A stretch of 64,000 nt of DNA, from assembly GCA_964485795.1 (NCBI GenBank), contig CAZAJQ010000007.1, positions 3,880 to 67,879 on the forward strand, in the 5' to 3' direction. This document shows, one piece after another, positions 1 through 8,025 of the stretch; positions within the stretch are counted from its first letter, which is position 1; each line of letters starts with the position of its first letter. This DNA comes from an uncultured Gammaproteobacteria bacterium (GTDB lineage Bacteria; Patescibacteriota; Patescibacteriia; VMEV01; CAZAJQ01). The translations under genes were made by a program, and so were the position numbers. Below the pieces are notes generated by a model that ran no database searches, was not told where the DNA came from, and saw only the letters and a program-made list of their open reading frames with translations.

Positions 1-1083
1 CGTCGTCGGAGATGTTACGACTGACCATGAGAGACCATTCCATTGCAAAATCGTTCCTTCCTTGCCCACCGCAAAACCGGATACGCCTGAAATCATCGAT
101 ACAGCCAACATATCCTTGTCCGTCGGCGGAGTCAAAAGCGTCCACGAGGATCCGCTGAATCTGAGCAACGTCGCGTCATCTCCCACCGCGTACGCTTCAT
201 TTTGAGAAACTTGCGAGACATCCCGAAGATCCTTTGTGGTTGGTGAACTCCCCTGCACCCAATTGTTGGCGACCCATTGAAACACTCTCCCTCCAAGGCT
301 CACTGCAAAATCACTCGTTACCGCAGTCATGTCAACTCCGCCAAACGCAAAATCCCACAGATCCCACTGTCCGGCCTGACTCAGTGTCACGCCGGCCGCG
401 GTTCCGGTTCCTGCAATCTGCGTATTGCTCACCAACGTCCCGCCGCCGAAATCCGTATGCGTGGTGTCCGTAAAAGACGGACCGCCGCCCCATGACCAAT
501 TGGTCGTACCTCCGCTCCCCGATCCGGCCAAAAGCTGCACCGATCCTCCGGTGCCGCTGCCGATGCCCTGCGTACTGGCAAATGTCCCGCCCGAAAAATC
601 CGTATCGATGGTTTGCAGCCAATCAAAAACATTCCAATCCGTCAGGTAACTTTGCACCACCACCTGCCGACTCGGACCTTCAAAGGTCCAGCTCACGGTC
701 GCGGTGATCTTCTTCGTTCGCGAATCGATCGTGCCGCCGGAAAGGACTATGTCTCCGCTTCCGTTTCTCTGCACGTCTTCCACCAAAACAACGCGAGTAT
801 AAAGTCCATCTATGATTTGCGACGTCCCGCTGAATTGCCATTTGCCGATGCTGTCATCGAGCCCGTGATTGCCGCTCGTGAGATTTTGCCAATGCTCGTC
901 TCGAATGCTCTTCGTGGCGTCCATCGCCTGATACGCCAAATACGTCGCCCGACTTCGCACGCCTCCTTTTGACGACGAGGTGACCGCGTCAAACGCCAGC
1001 ATTGCCAATGCCGTCCCGATAATCGTGAAAATCCCTATGGAAAGGATGATTTCCACAAGGCTGAAAGCGCGAAATTTGAACAT
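1..1083 (-). CDS. Type IV pilin-like protein, partial. The N-terminus is in the window and the C-terminal part runs off the window start. It has a prepilin-type N-terminal signal/TM helix followed by long Gly/Thr/Trp-rich repeats.
   Basis: The reverse strand from 1083 translates MFKFRAFSLVEIILSIGIFTIIGTALAMLAF.., which matches the class III (prepilin) leader + hydrophobic helix with conserved Glu at +5. The frame stays open to position 1, and no complete ORF is listed in this frame in the ORF track, consistent with run-off. Downstream repeats are of the form ..WNGLSWSVVTSPTT, ..FSGSSWTLLTPPTD. Confidence 0.7.
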   Translation of the reverse strand, partial: MFKFRAFSLVEIILSIGIFTIIGTALAMLAFDAVTSSSKGGVRSRATYLAYQAMDATKSIRDEHWQNLTSGNHGLDDSIGKWQFSGTSQIIDGLYTRVVLVEDVQRNGSGDIVLSGGTIDSRTKKITATVSWTFEGPSRQVVVQSYLTDWNVFDWLQTIDTDFSGGTFASTQGIGSGTGGSVQLLAGSGSGGTTNWSWGGGPSFTDTTHTDFGGGTLVSNTQIAGTGTAAGVTLSQAGQWDLWDFAFGGVDMTAVTSDFAVSLGGRVFQWVANNWVQGSSPTTKDLRDVSQVSQNEAYAVGDDATLLRFSGSSWTLLTPPTDKDMLAVSMISGVSGFAVGKEGTILQWNGLSWSVVTSPTT

Positions 1084-1120
1084 GAAAAAATGTAATGGTT
1101 TTAAAACGTTTTCACTTGCT

Positions 1121-1330
1121 TATCGTTGAAACACCCCCGCCTCTGCCCCGCTTACCGTCGAAATTCACCCCTCTGCCCTTCGGGCATCTCCCCTTGTCCA
1201 AGGGGAGAATATGTATGGTATGGCCTCCCCTTGTGCAAGGGGAGGTGGCCGGAGGGGTGTGCTTCGTGAACATAGAGCTTACCGTGCCCGAGCCGGAGGG
1301 TTGTGTTCCGCCGGTAAGCGCCTGCACGAC
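1121..1330. repeat. Copy A of a GC-rich nested-hairpin repeat element; it may be a structured ncRNA or a REP/MITE-like element. It lies in the intergenic region between two pilin genes.
   Basis: It contains an 8-bp hairpin with a GTCC loop (CTCCCCTTGTCCAAGGGGAG) and a 9-bp hairpin with a GTGC loop (CCTCCCCTTGTGCAAGGGGAGG). Outer complementary pairs are CACCCCTC/GAGGGGTG and GCTTACCG/CGGTAAGC. The same core occurs reverse-complemented at 47860-48125. Confidence 0.6.
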
Positions 1331-1340
1331 GTAATCCCCC

Positions 1341-1796
1341 TTATTGATAATTCACCCTCCCCGCTGCATTGATAAAAATACTTTTCGTCGTACTGTCATT
1401 TGAATTCAAAACCGTGATCGTGCCATATTGCGTGGTAGTTCCCGATGCCTTGGAAAAAATCACGTCGCTTCCTCCGCCGTTGAGACTGATCACGGAAACG
1501 GACAAAAGATTTGCGAGAGGAAACGCGATATTCTCGGGATCCGAAAGATTGTAGCTCGATCCCTTAAACAAAACATATTGCGCCGACTCGAAATGCACAC
1601 CCCATGAATTGTTGCCAAGACCGTTCATGGCATGGGTCTGCGCCCTTCGCACCGCATCCACCATTTCCCAAACCGTCGTCCGATGATCCGTGGCCTTGAA
1701 CCGCGACACGAAAAAACTTCCCAGAAGCAATACCAAAATGCCCATGATGGCCATGGTCAAAAGAAGTTCAACCAAAGTGAATCCCTGACGACGCAT
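1341..1796 (-). CDS. Type IV pilin / pseudopilin (prepilin-type N-terminal cleavage/methylation domain protein)
   Basis: The N-terminus MRRQGFTLVELLLTMAIMGILVLL is the canonical G-F-T-L-x-E prepilin motif followed by a hydrophobic helix. The protein is 151 aa. Confidence 0.85.
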   Translation of the reverse strand: MRRQGFTLVELLLTMAIMGILVLLLGSFFVSRFKATDHRTTVWEMVDAVRRAQTHAMNGLGNNSWGVHFESAQYVLFKGSSYNLSDPENIAFPLANLLSVSVISLNGGGSDVIFSKASGTTTQYGTITVLNSNDSTTKSIFINAAGRVNYQ

Positions 1797-1911
1797 AAAA
1801 AAAATTTGACTTCATCATTATAGCATTAAGTGTATGTGGAATGGCACGCACATTGTTTTTCGCTCTCTCTTTTTGATATACTGATGTTCATTATCATTAT
1901 TTTTTCACCCT

Positions 1912-2451
1912 ATGAGCGAAAAAGAATCTTTCCATGATCACGAAGAACCCGAAATGCTTCCGGAAGTGACATCTGAAAATGAATTTTTAAGCATTTCAGA
2001 AATATTCTCAAGGTTCGAAAAAAACGCGAAGGGCTTTGATTCGCTTCAAGAATTTCTTACCAGCAATGGGGGGATCGATCTTGCGAATGACCTCATCCCT
2101 TTTCCGAAATCAGATAAGATAACGATCGGTGCGTACGAAATCATCGTTGATTTTTCATCGGAAACCATTCTCTTTCCCGAAGAAATCGATGATCAAGTTT
2201 CCGATGAATTAAGGAGCAAAGTATTTCAAAGTTTCAAAGATCTTCAATCGAGACATGTAGAACAATCTCGACAATTGTTGCTGAATGCCATCGCGCATTT
2301 AGCTCAAACCTATTCTGGAAAATCGGTTGGGATTATCAGTGATAAAACTTTGCTTTCGGAAAAATTTGAAAATCCTCTCATAGCCGCCAGAAAAGAATAT
2401 GAAAAAAATCTCGAAGAATTAAAAGCCGTCATCAAAACTTTGGAAGAATAG
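1912..2451 (+). CDS. Hypothetical acidic protein (179 aa)
   Basis: Complete ORF with Glu/Asp-rich sequence, divergent from the pilin gene, and a hairpin terminator immediately downstream. Confidence 0.5.
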   Translation: MSEKESFHDHEEPEMLPEVTSENEFLSISEIFSRFEKNAKGFDSLQEFLTSNGGIDLANDLIPFPKSDKITIGAYEIIVDFSSETILFPEEIDDQVSDELRSKVFQSFKDLQSRHVEQSRQLLLNAIAHLAQTYSGKSVGIISDKTLLSEKFENPLIAARKEYEKNLEELKAVIKTLEE

Positions 2452-2486
2452 CAGCGTTTGAAATACTCGGCCTACGAAAAAATAAA

Positions 2487-2524
2487 AATGACAGCGGGTT
2501 GCAAACCTCTGTCATTTTTTTGTT
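2487..2524. terminator. Intrinsic terminator hairpin between convergent genes
   Basis: AATGACAG - 14 nt loop - CTGTCATT, followed by TTTTTTTG. Confidence 0.5.
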
Positions 2525-2569
2525 ATGATGAATCATTTCGAGCTGAAGAAACGTCCAATACTCTTCTCA

Positions 2570-3301
2570 TCACTGCCCGTTCACCGACGTATCATTCGCA
2601 TTTTTGTACCACTGCATCATGCCTCCGCCATTCAACATATTGAATCGCCAATCGTATTTTTTACCGTCCCAATTTTGCATCATGCTCCAAGGACCCTGAT
2701 TCCAGAAAAATCCTTTTTGCATCATCCCTCTCCCCCATGGACCGAATCCGATCATGCTCAAACCCTGTATCATGGATCCGTACAAAGCGACGATCAGAGA
2801 AAACTGGATGATGACATGGGCGATCAAAACGGTGATGAAATCAACGTCATAGAGATATGCCGCGGTTTTCAGCATAATCACCTGCGCATAGATCAAGGAA
2901 AATACAAAAATGAAAAAATTCAGTATCTGGCCGAGAAACAACCCTCGCATTCCGGCAATCGAAAACACGAAGCTGATCAACGCCGCAAGAAGCATACCGC
3001 TGGCCATCACGAAACATCCGTAGGTCAGGGCCGTCAATCCGTCATAAAAAGTGGCCTTCCCCGAGAGAATCTTCATGGCCGCAAGCCACAAAAGCGCCAT
3101 AAACAGGATGAGAATGTATCCTCCGCCTATAAAGGCCAAAGAAAACACCACATTCCACATGTTTACGCCCTGCATGGTCAATATCCCGGACAAAGCGCAA
3201 AAAATCAAAGCAACCACAAGCATCATCATGGTATCGGACATGGATGGCTTTTTTTTCGCCTTTTCAATGACCTGCATAGGATGGAAAAATATTTGGAACA
3301 T
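2570..3301 (-). CDS. Multi-pass membrane protein, tentatively Yip1-domain-like, with a Met/Gly/Trp/Gln-rich C-terminal tail
   Basis: 243 aa with about 5 hydrophobic segments. The C-terminus reads GPWGRGMMQKGFFWNQGPWSMMQNWDG... The long + strand ORFs over this region (2525-3463, 3051-3737) lack membrane-protein logic and were rejected. Confidence 0.5.
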   Translation of the reverse strand: MFQIFFHPMQVIEKAKKKPSMSDTMMMLVVALIFCALSGILTMQGVNMWNVVFSLAFIGGGYILILFMALLWLAAMKILSGKATFYDGLTALTYGCFVMASGMLLAALISFVFSIAGMRGLFLGQILNFFIFVFSLIYAQVIMLKTAAYLYDVDFITVLIAHVIIQFSLIVALYGSMIQGLSMIGFGPWGRGMMQKGFFWNQGPWSMMQNWDGKKYDWRFNMLNGGGMMQWYKNANDTSVNGQ

Positions 3302-3341
3302 ATGCTTTTTATTTTACGGACAAAAAAAACTTGCAAAAAAA

Positions 3342-3791
3342 TCATTCCTTCGTGCCTTTGTCATCGTCTTTGCAGCCATCCTTCGCATCATGGCCGCAAC
3401 AAGCGGCTTTTCCCATGCAACCGCATTTGCAAAGCATGGCCGCATACATCAAACCGCCGATAATCGCCAAATTTTTCAAAAAATTCATGAGCTCCATCTG
3501 AACGGCAAAATTCCGATGCATGACAAAGTTCACGATGAGCAAAAAAACCGCCAAAATCCCGGCCGCGAGACATTGCTTGTATCCCGCAAGAAGCATGAGA
3601 CCGCCGCCGATTTCAATGATCACGACCAGCCAAAACAAAAGTCCGACGACCGGCAAACCCATCGCAGCCATATACCCCTGCACAGCAACAGGATCTTGCA
3701 ATTTCGCAAAACCGGCGACAATGAAAATGAGCGATAAAAAAATTCTTGCCAGTACAAACAGTCCTTTTTTCTTCTCATGCGTCATACACAT
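3342..3791 (-). CDS. DoxX-family membrane protein with a Cys-rich C-terminal tail
   Basis: FVLARIFLSLIFIVAGFAKL ... GGLMLLAGY matches the DoxX pattern. The C-terminus is CKCGCMGKAACCGHDAKDGCKDDDKGTKE. Confidence 0.6.
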   Translation of the reverse strand: MCMTHEKKKGLFVLARIFLSLIFIVAGFAKLQDPVAVQGYMAAMGLPVVGLLFWLVVIIEIGGGLMLLAGYKQCLAAGILAVFLLIVNFVMHRNFAVQMELMNFLKNLAIIGGLMYAAMLCKCGCMGKAACCGHDAKDGCKDDDKGTKE

Positions 3792-3876
3792 AAACGAAAA
3801 TTGTTAATGATGAAAGACATTTCTTATTCTCAAGATTACCTTATTTTACGTCAAATGAAAAGCGAAACGCGAACGT

Positions 3877-6261
3877 TTATCGGACAAACGAGAGATCAGC
3901 AACTTTTTTCCAAGTATTCTCGTCATAAACAAAAACCCGATCGTCTCCGAGAATATAGAGGAAATCATTGATAAACAAAGCTCTCAATGCATCGGTGTCG
4001 GCAGCGACGGCTTCAAGCGACAAATTGCCGCCTTCATAGCCAAACACATAGCCGTTCACGCCAGCGGGTATGAAAAAAGATTGAAACTTTTCATCACGCA
4101 AAAAAGCGTGATGATTGTAGAGAACTTCGCTCCACGATTCTTCCAGCGTATATTTGGACTTTTCGACCGGATTCGCTGGGTCGGATACGTCAAAAAGCGA
4201 AAGCTTCACGCGAAAATCTTCCTGCCCGACGCCAAGGATCAAGTGTTCGCCGACCGGTTCCAAAAGCGATGAATATCCTGGGATTTTCAACTCCCCCGAA
4301 ACTTTCGGCGACGCGGGGATCGACAGATCCAGTACGAAAAACGGATCAATCTGCCGAAAAGTCACCATATATCCCCTATCACCCATGAATCGAATAGAAT
4401 AGATTTGCTCACCGAGTCCGAGATCGGTAACGCTTCCGACCTTTTTCATGTTTTCATCAAACACATACACGTCGTTTTTCGACTCGCTTTGCGGCAGGAA
4501 AAAACTTCCGCTTCCGGTGATCGTCACAGCCACGCGCAAATTCCCCTGATACTCATCCATCGAAAACTGATTGAGCATGCGTCCGGGAGCTTCTCCCTTT
4601 GCTGCGATACTCAACGTTTTTCTGTCAATCTTCACGATATGCGATTTCTCGATTTCCCGAATATGCGTTTCCAAAAACACCGCCAAACGATTGTTGATAT
4701 CCTTTTGGAATTTCACTGCTTCATCGCGCGATTTTTCGGACAACAAACGTGACCACAGGTGCACCACCTCCGTATTTTTGGCGTCATCGCTGATATCGAG
4801 CCCCTTCACATACGCTATTTTTTTCACATACCATTCGGGATAGAGCGACGAGTTTTCCTCGATGAAACGTATATTCCAATACAGCTGATCTCCGGGATAA
4901 TAGTAAGAAATGTAAATATTGTTTTCCGACACGAATATCGGCGAGAAGTAACTGTCCTCCGCCAAAAACGAAAGTCTGTTTTCCACCGCACCGGTAGCCA
5001 TATCCATGGACAGCACCGTAAACGTTTGGCTGATTTGCGCCGGGAAGACGGGGTATAAAATTTCCGAGCAGGCGATCTCGACGCTTTCCATGATGCGTAT
5101 CGGGCAAGGATAATTTCGATCCAGCCATTGACTCAAAATAAGATATATTTTCCCGTCAAAAAGCCTTGCGGCCATAAAATTCGTTTGATCTCCGTACGTC
5201 TCTTCCCAGAGTTTTTTCGGGTTTTTCGGATCCGAAACGTCATAGCCGGCAATGCCGCGATAGGTGAGGCTCGCGAGAACGTTTTCATGGAGCAGGAGCT
5301 CACCGTTCCCGGGTATGGTGCCGAGCTGCTTGAGCGCTTCCGGCGGAAACGCTTCGATGATTTGGGTTTTGGGGGAGTAATACTCGGGGGGCGCAATGCT
5401 TTCTTGCGTGACCTCGACGTCTTGTTGAACAGAAGAAGAAACGCTGGGCAGCTCAGGAGTCATACTCCGCTGCGACGGATAGTAATAATAGGGAGACGAA
5501 AAATAGATGTTGTGACCGTCGGTTTTCACGATATCGGGCTCATCGATGCCCTTGATCTGCACATTGGTGTCCGAAACGCGTTCGGGCGCCAATGATTTTG
5601 CCGTATCTTCCGCCCCTCCCAAACCTTCTCGTAGCAAAGGAGTCATGAAATTGAAATTTGACGACGGCAAACTTTGCAGATAGATCTTCATGTCTTTTTC
5701 ATCGGAAAATTTCTGAAAACCGGAAGTCTTGCTTTGCTCTCCGGGAGGCAAGGCCGAATCTTCTCCGATCTCGATGGCCGCCAAATCGAGGTTTGAAATC
5801 CCGAGTCCCAGCTTTCTCATCACTTCGAGCGCTTCGGCGGGAAGTCCCAAGGAATACATTTTCAAATCCTTGGGGTACACGTAGTACGCGCGACCCTTGT
5901 CTTCCACTTTGAGAAGAATTTTCCCCGACAATCTTTTCGGCGCTTTTCCGTAAAACGAATCAAAATCACGATTGGAAATACCGAGGCCGAATCTTCGCAT
6001 CGCTTCAAGGGCGTTTTCCGGCTTTCCGAGATAATAGCGATTCAAATCATCGGGATTCACATACCATGCCTCACCATGGGACTCAACGGCCAAAAGTATA
6101 TAGCCCGATACCCTCTCAGCAATGCTCTGCGCATGTGCCGGCACGACGGAGAAGGGCATGAAAACTTGAGAGAGAAAAAGCACCATGAAAAAAAACTTTT
6201 TCATAAAAAATGAAGATAATGTAAAACACAGGCCAACCGAGCTTGCCAGCAACCTCATCAT
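3877..6261 (-). CDS. Large secreted beta-propeller-domain protein (PF09826-like), 794 aa, with an N-terminal signal peptide and two roughly 40-aa N-terminal repeats
   Basis: Signal peptide LLASSVGLCFTLSSFF..VPAHAQS. Repeats AWYVNPDDLNRYYLGKPENALEAMRRFGLGISN and AYYVYPKDLKMYSLGLPAEALEVMRKLGLGISN. KGIDEPDIVKTDGHNIYF is typical of the beta-propeller family as I remember it. Confidence 0.65.
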   Translation of the reverse strand: MMRLLASSVGLCFTLSSFFMKKFFFMVLFLSQVFMPFSVVPAHAQSIAERVSGYILLAVESHGEAWYVNPDDLNRYYLGKPENALEAMRRFGLGISNRDFDSFYGKAPKRLSGKILLKVEDKGRAYYVYPKDLKMYSLGLPAEALEVMRKLGLGISNLDLAAIEIGEDSALPPGEQSKTSGFQKFSDEKDMKIYLQSLPSSNFNFMTPLLREGLGGAEDTAKSLAPERVSDTNVQIKGIDEPDIVKTDGHNIYFSSPYYYYPSQRSMTPELPSVSSSVQQDVEVTQESIAPPEYYSPKTQIIEAFPPEALKQLGTIPGNGELLLHENVLASLTYRGIAGYDVSDPKNPKKLWEETYGDQTNFMAARLFDGKIYLILSQWLDRNYPCPIRIMESVEIACSEILYPVFPAQISQTFTVLSMDMATGAVENRLSFLAEDSYFSPIFVSENNIYISYYYPGDQLYWNIRFIEENSSLYPEWYVKKIAYVKGLDISDDAKNTEVVHLWSRLLSEKSRDEAVKFQKDINNRLAVFLETHIREIEKSHIVKIDRKTLSIAAKGEAPGRMLNQFSMDEYQGNLRVAVTITGSGSFFLPQSESKNDVYVFDENMKKVGSVTDLGLGEQIYSIRFMGDRGYMVTFRQIDPFFVLDLSIPASPKVSGELKIPGYSSLLEPVGEHLILGVGQEDFRVKLSLFDVSDPANPVEKSKYTLEESWSEVLYNHHAFLRDEKFQSFFIPAGVNGYVFGYEGGNLSLEAVAADTDALRALFINDFLYILGDDRVFVYDENTWKKVADLSFVR

Positions 6262-6328
6262 AAAATGAATCCATTGACTTTACAAGTCATTTTTGCTATT
6301 CTATGCTCATAATCTTTAAAGAAAACTT

Positions 6329-6418
6329 ATGAAATTTCACAATGGCAATTGCGATTGCAGTGAAGACGAAAAGAAGGGCGGTTGCGACTGCGGTAACGAA
6401 GATTGCGGCTGCTCATAA
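6329..6418 (+). CDS. Small Cys-rich peptide (29 aa), absent from the ORF track because of its size; putative metal-binding peptide
   Basis: ATG at 6329 translates MKFHNGNCDCSEDEKKGGCDCGNEDCGCS then stops. It has 6 Cys in CxC/CGC spacing and is followed by GC-stem hairpins and a T-run. Confidence 0.35.
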   Translation: MKFHNGNCDCSEDEKKGGCDCGNEDCGCS

Positions 6419-6446
6419 CCCGGTTTTCTCTTCAAACAACTAAAAA

Positions 6447-6477
6447 TCCCCAACCAAACGTAGGCTGGGGGTTTTTT
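6447..6477 (+). terminator. Weak intrinsic terminator after the small Cys-rich ORF
   Basis: CCCCC - 15 nt - GGGGG, followed by TTTTTTG. A second perfect hairpin GTTGGGGG-N14-CCCCCAAC follows. Confidence 0.35.
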
Positions 6478-6707
6478 GTTGTTGGGGGAAACCTATGTGT
6501 TTCCCCCAACTGCCGCGTTTTCCCCCAATAGCTATGTATCTACTCCAACTCCCCCATGGTTACCTTTTCTATGATGTATCGCATACGCCCTCGGTTATAT
6601 TTGAGATGATTCAATTCGGAGACTTGACTTTTTTTTCTCCTATGCAATGATGCGTCATCTTGAGTAATGTGTCGTTTTTTATAAAAAAAATTCTTAAAGG
6701 AGAACCT

Positions 6708-7154
6708 ATGGACGAAAAGTATATCGAGAAAAAATTTCTCTTTTTCAAAAAGCTGTCGGCAGAAAACAAAACCAGTCTTTTTGAAGTGCTCAGCAGCGCC
6801 GGAAGCCTTCGGTCGGTGCTGGATGACATTCTTCCGGCGAACCCTGTCGTTGAAATCCAAATCGGACAAGTGAAGTTTGAGCTGGATCGCGAAATGACAC
6901 TGATTCACTTGGGCGATCAAGTCATTAGCGGTGAAATCGCTTCAGAAGTGATCCAAGCGTATGAACATTTCGAAAATTGTTTATTGAGACACAGGGCGCT
7001 CCTATTCCTCCAGCAGATCAAGGATTATGCCGAAACACAGGGATATCTCATGCCTAAAATTTCAGATGAGAACCTCGTATACCTCAATTTCACCATGCCA
7101 CTGATTGGTTCCGAATTGTCCATGAGAAAAGCAGTTCAGAAACTGCTTGATTGA
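6708..7154 (+). CDS. Hypothetical protein (148 aa from the preferred start)
   Basis: An RBS-like AAAGGAGA lies 5-12 nt upstream of ATG 6708 (MDEKYIEKKF..). The listed ORF starts earlier at 6660, but that start lacks an RBS. A terminator follows. Confidence 0.55.
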   Translation: MDEKYIEKKFLFFKKLSAENKTSLFEVLSSAGSLRSVLDDILPANPVVEIQIGQVKFELDREMTLIHLGDQVISGEIASEVIQAYEHFENCLLRHRALLFLQQIKDYAETQGYLMPKISDENLVYLNFTMPLIGSELSMRKAVQKLLD

Positions 7155-7175
7155 ATACACATTTCTTTTCTCTTT

Positions 7176-7207
7176 CCCACGCCTGAAAACCGTGGGATTT
7201 TTTTATT
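7176..7207 (+). terminator. Intrinsic terminator
   Basis: CCCACG - CCTGAAAAC - CGTGGG, followed by ATTTTTTTATT. Confidence 0.6.
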
Positions 7208-7273
7208 CCAAAAAATACATGAGACCCTACAAACAGCACAATAAAAACTCGAATGGCTCTTCGTAGCGCACTT

Positions 7274-7987
7274 TTATAAACATATCAGCGACGCAGCCGC
7301 GATAGCCGCGGTTTCGCTGCGCAGCGTCAGATTTCCCAAAGACAAGCATGAAGCGCCGTACTTTTTCGCGCAAAGAACCTCTTTATCCGTAAATCCGCCT
7401 TCGGGACCGATGAACACGGCAATCGATGATGGCGATTTTTTGAACGATTCGCGAGATGCGAAAACTTGCGTATGAAACATATATTTCGCTTCCGACTCGT
7501 CTTCCTCAACCGCGTCGGAAAACCGAACCGCTTCGTCGATGATCGGCAGCGTTACACGCCCGCTTTGTTCACTCGCCTCGATCGCGATTTTTTTTAACCG
7601 CTCGAGATTGACGTCTTTTCTGATACTCCGTTCGCAAAGAACGGGCGTCACACGATGCACTCCGATCTCGGTGACTTTTTGCACCGCCAGCTCAAACAAA
7701 TCTTTTTTTATGACGGCTTGATACAGACGCAGTTTCATCTTTGGTTCACGATCGGGAATGGTGACTTTCACTATTTCCCCGCAAATACCGTCTCGATTTT
7801 TTTCAAACAATTTCACCTCAAACTCATTTCCGCTGCCGTCAAAAATCACGATGATCTCATCTTCTATCCGTTTCACGACATGATTGATCTGATGAATAAA
7901 TTTTTCATCGAGTATCTTTACCTCTTGCGAATTATTATGCTCAAAATGTGGCAAATAAAAACGATGCATAAAAAAATCAAAATTCAT
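7274..7987 (-). CDS. rsmE: 16S rRNA (uracil1498-N3)-methyltransferase RsmE
   Basis: 237 aa with RsmE-like architecture: an N-terminal PUA-like region and a C-terminal SPOUT segment with the ..VFIGPEGGFTDKEV.. motif. Confidence 0.8.
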   Translation of the reverse strand: MNFDFFMHRFYLPHFEHNNSQEVKILDEKFIHQINHVVKRIEDEIIVIFDGSGNEFEVKLFEKNRDGICGEIVKVTIPDREPKMKLRLYQAVIKKDLFELAVQKVTEIGVHRVTPVLCERSIRKDVNLERLKKIAIEASEQSGRVTLPIIDEAVRFSDAVEEDESEAKYMFHTQVFASRESFKKSPSSIAVFIGPEGGFTDKEVLCAKKYGASCLSLGNLTLRSETAAIAAASLICL

Positions 7988-8025
7988 TTTTCCGCTTTTA
8001 AAAACTCATTTCGCGCAAGAAACCG

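Noticed and set aside
1095-1334. Two mirror-image ORFs (79 aa on +, 71 aa on -) with Pro/Gly-rich translations
   Set aside because: They coincide exactly with the palindromic hairpin repeat. Both strands are open only because of the inverted-repeat symmetry. The same happens at 47648-48112 and 47842-48066.
2525-3737. Long + strand ORFs (312 aa and 228 aa) over the Yip1-like/DoxX region
   Set aside because: They are antisense to two clear membrane-protein genes. Their His/Arg-rich composition is typical of antisense translation of hydrophobic genes.
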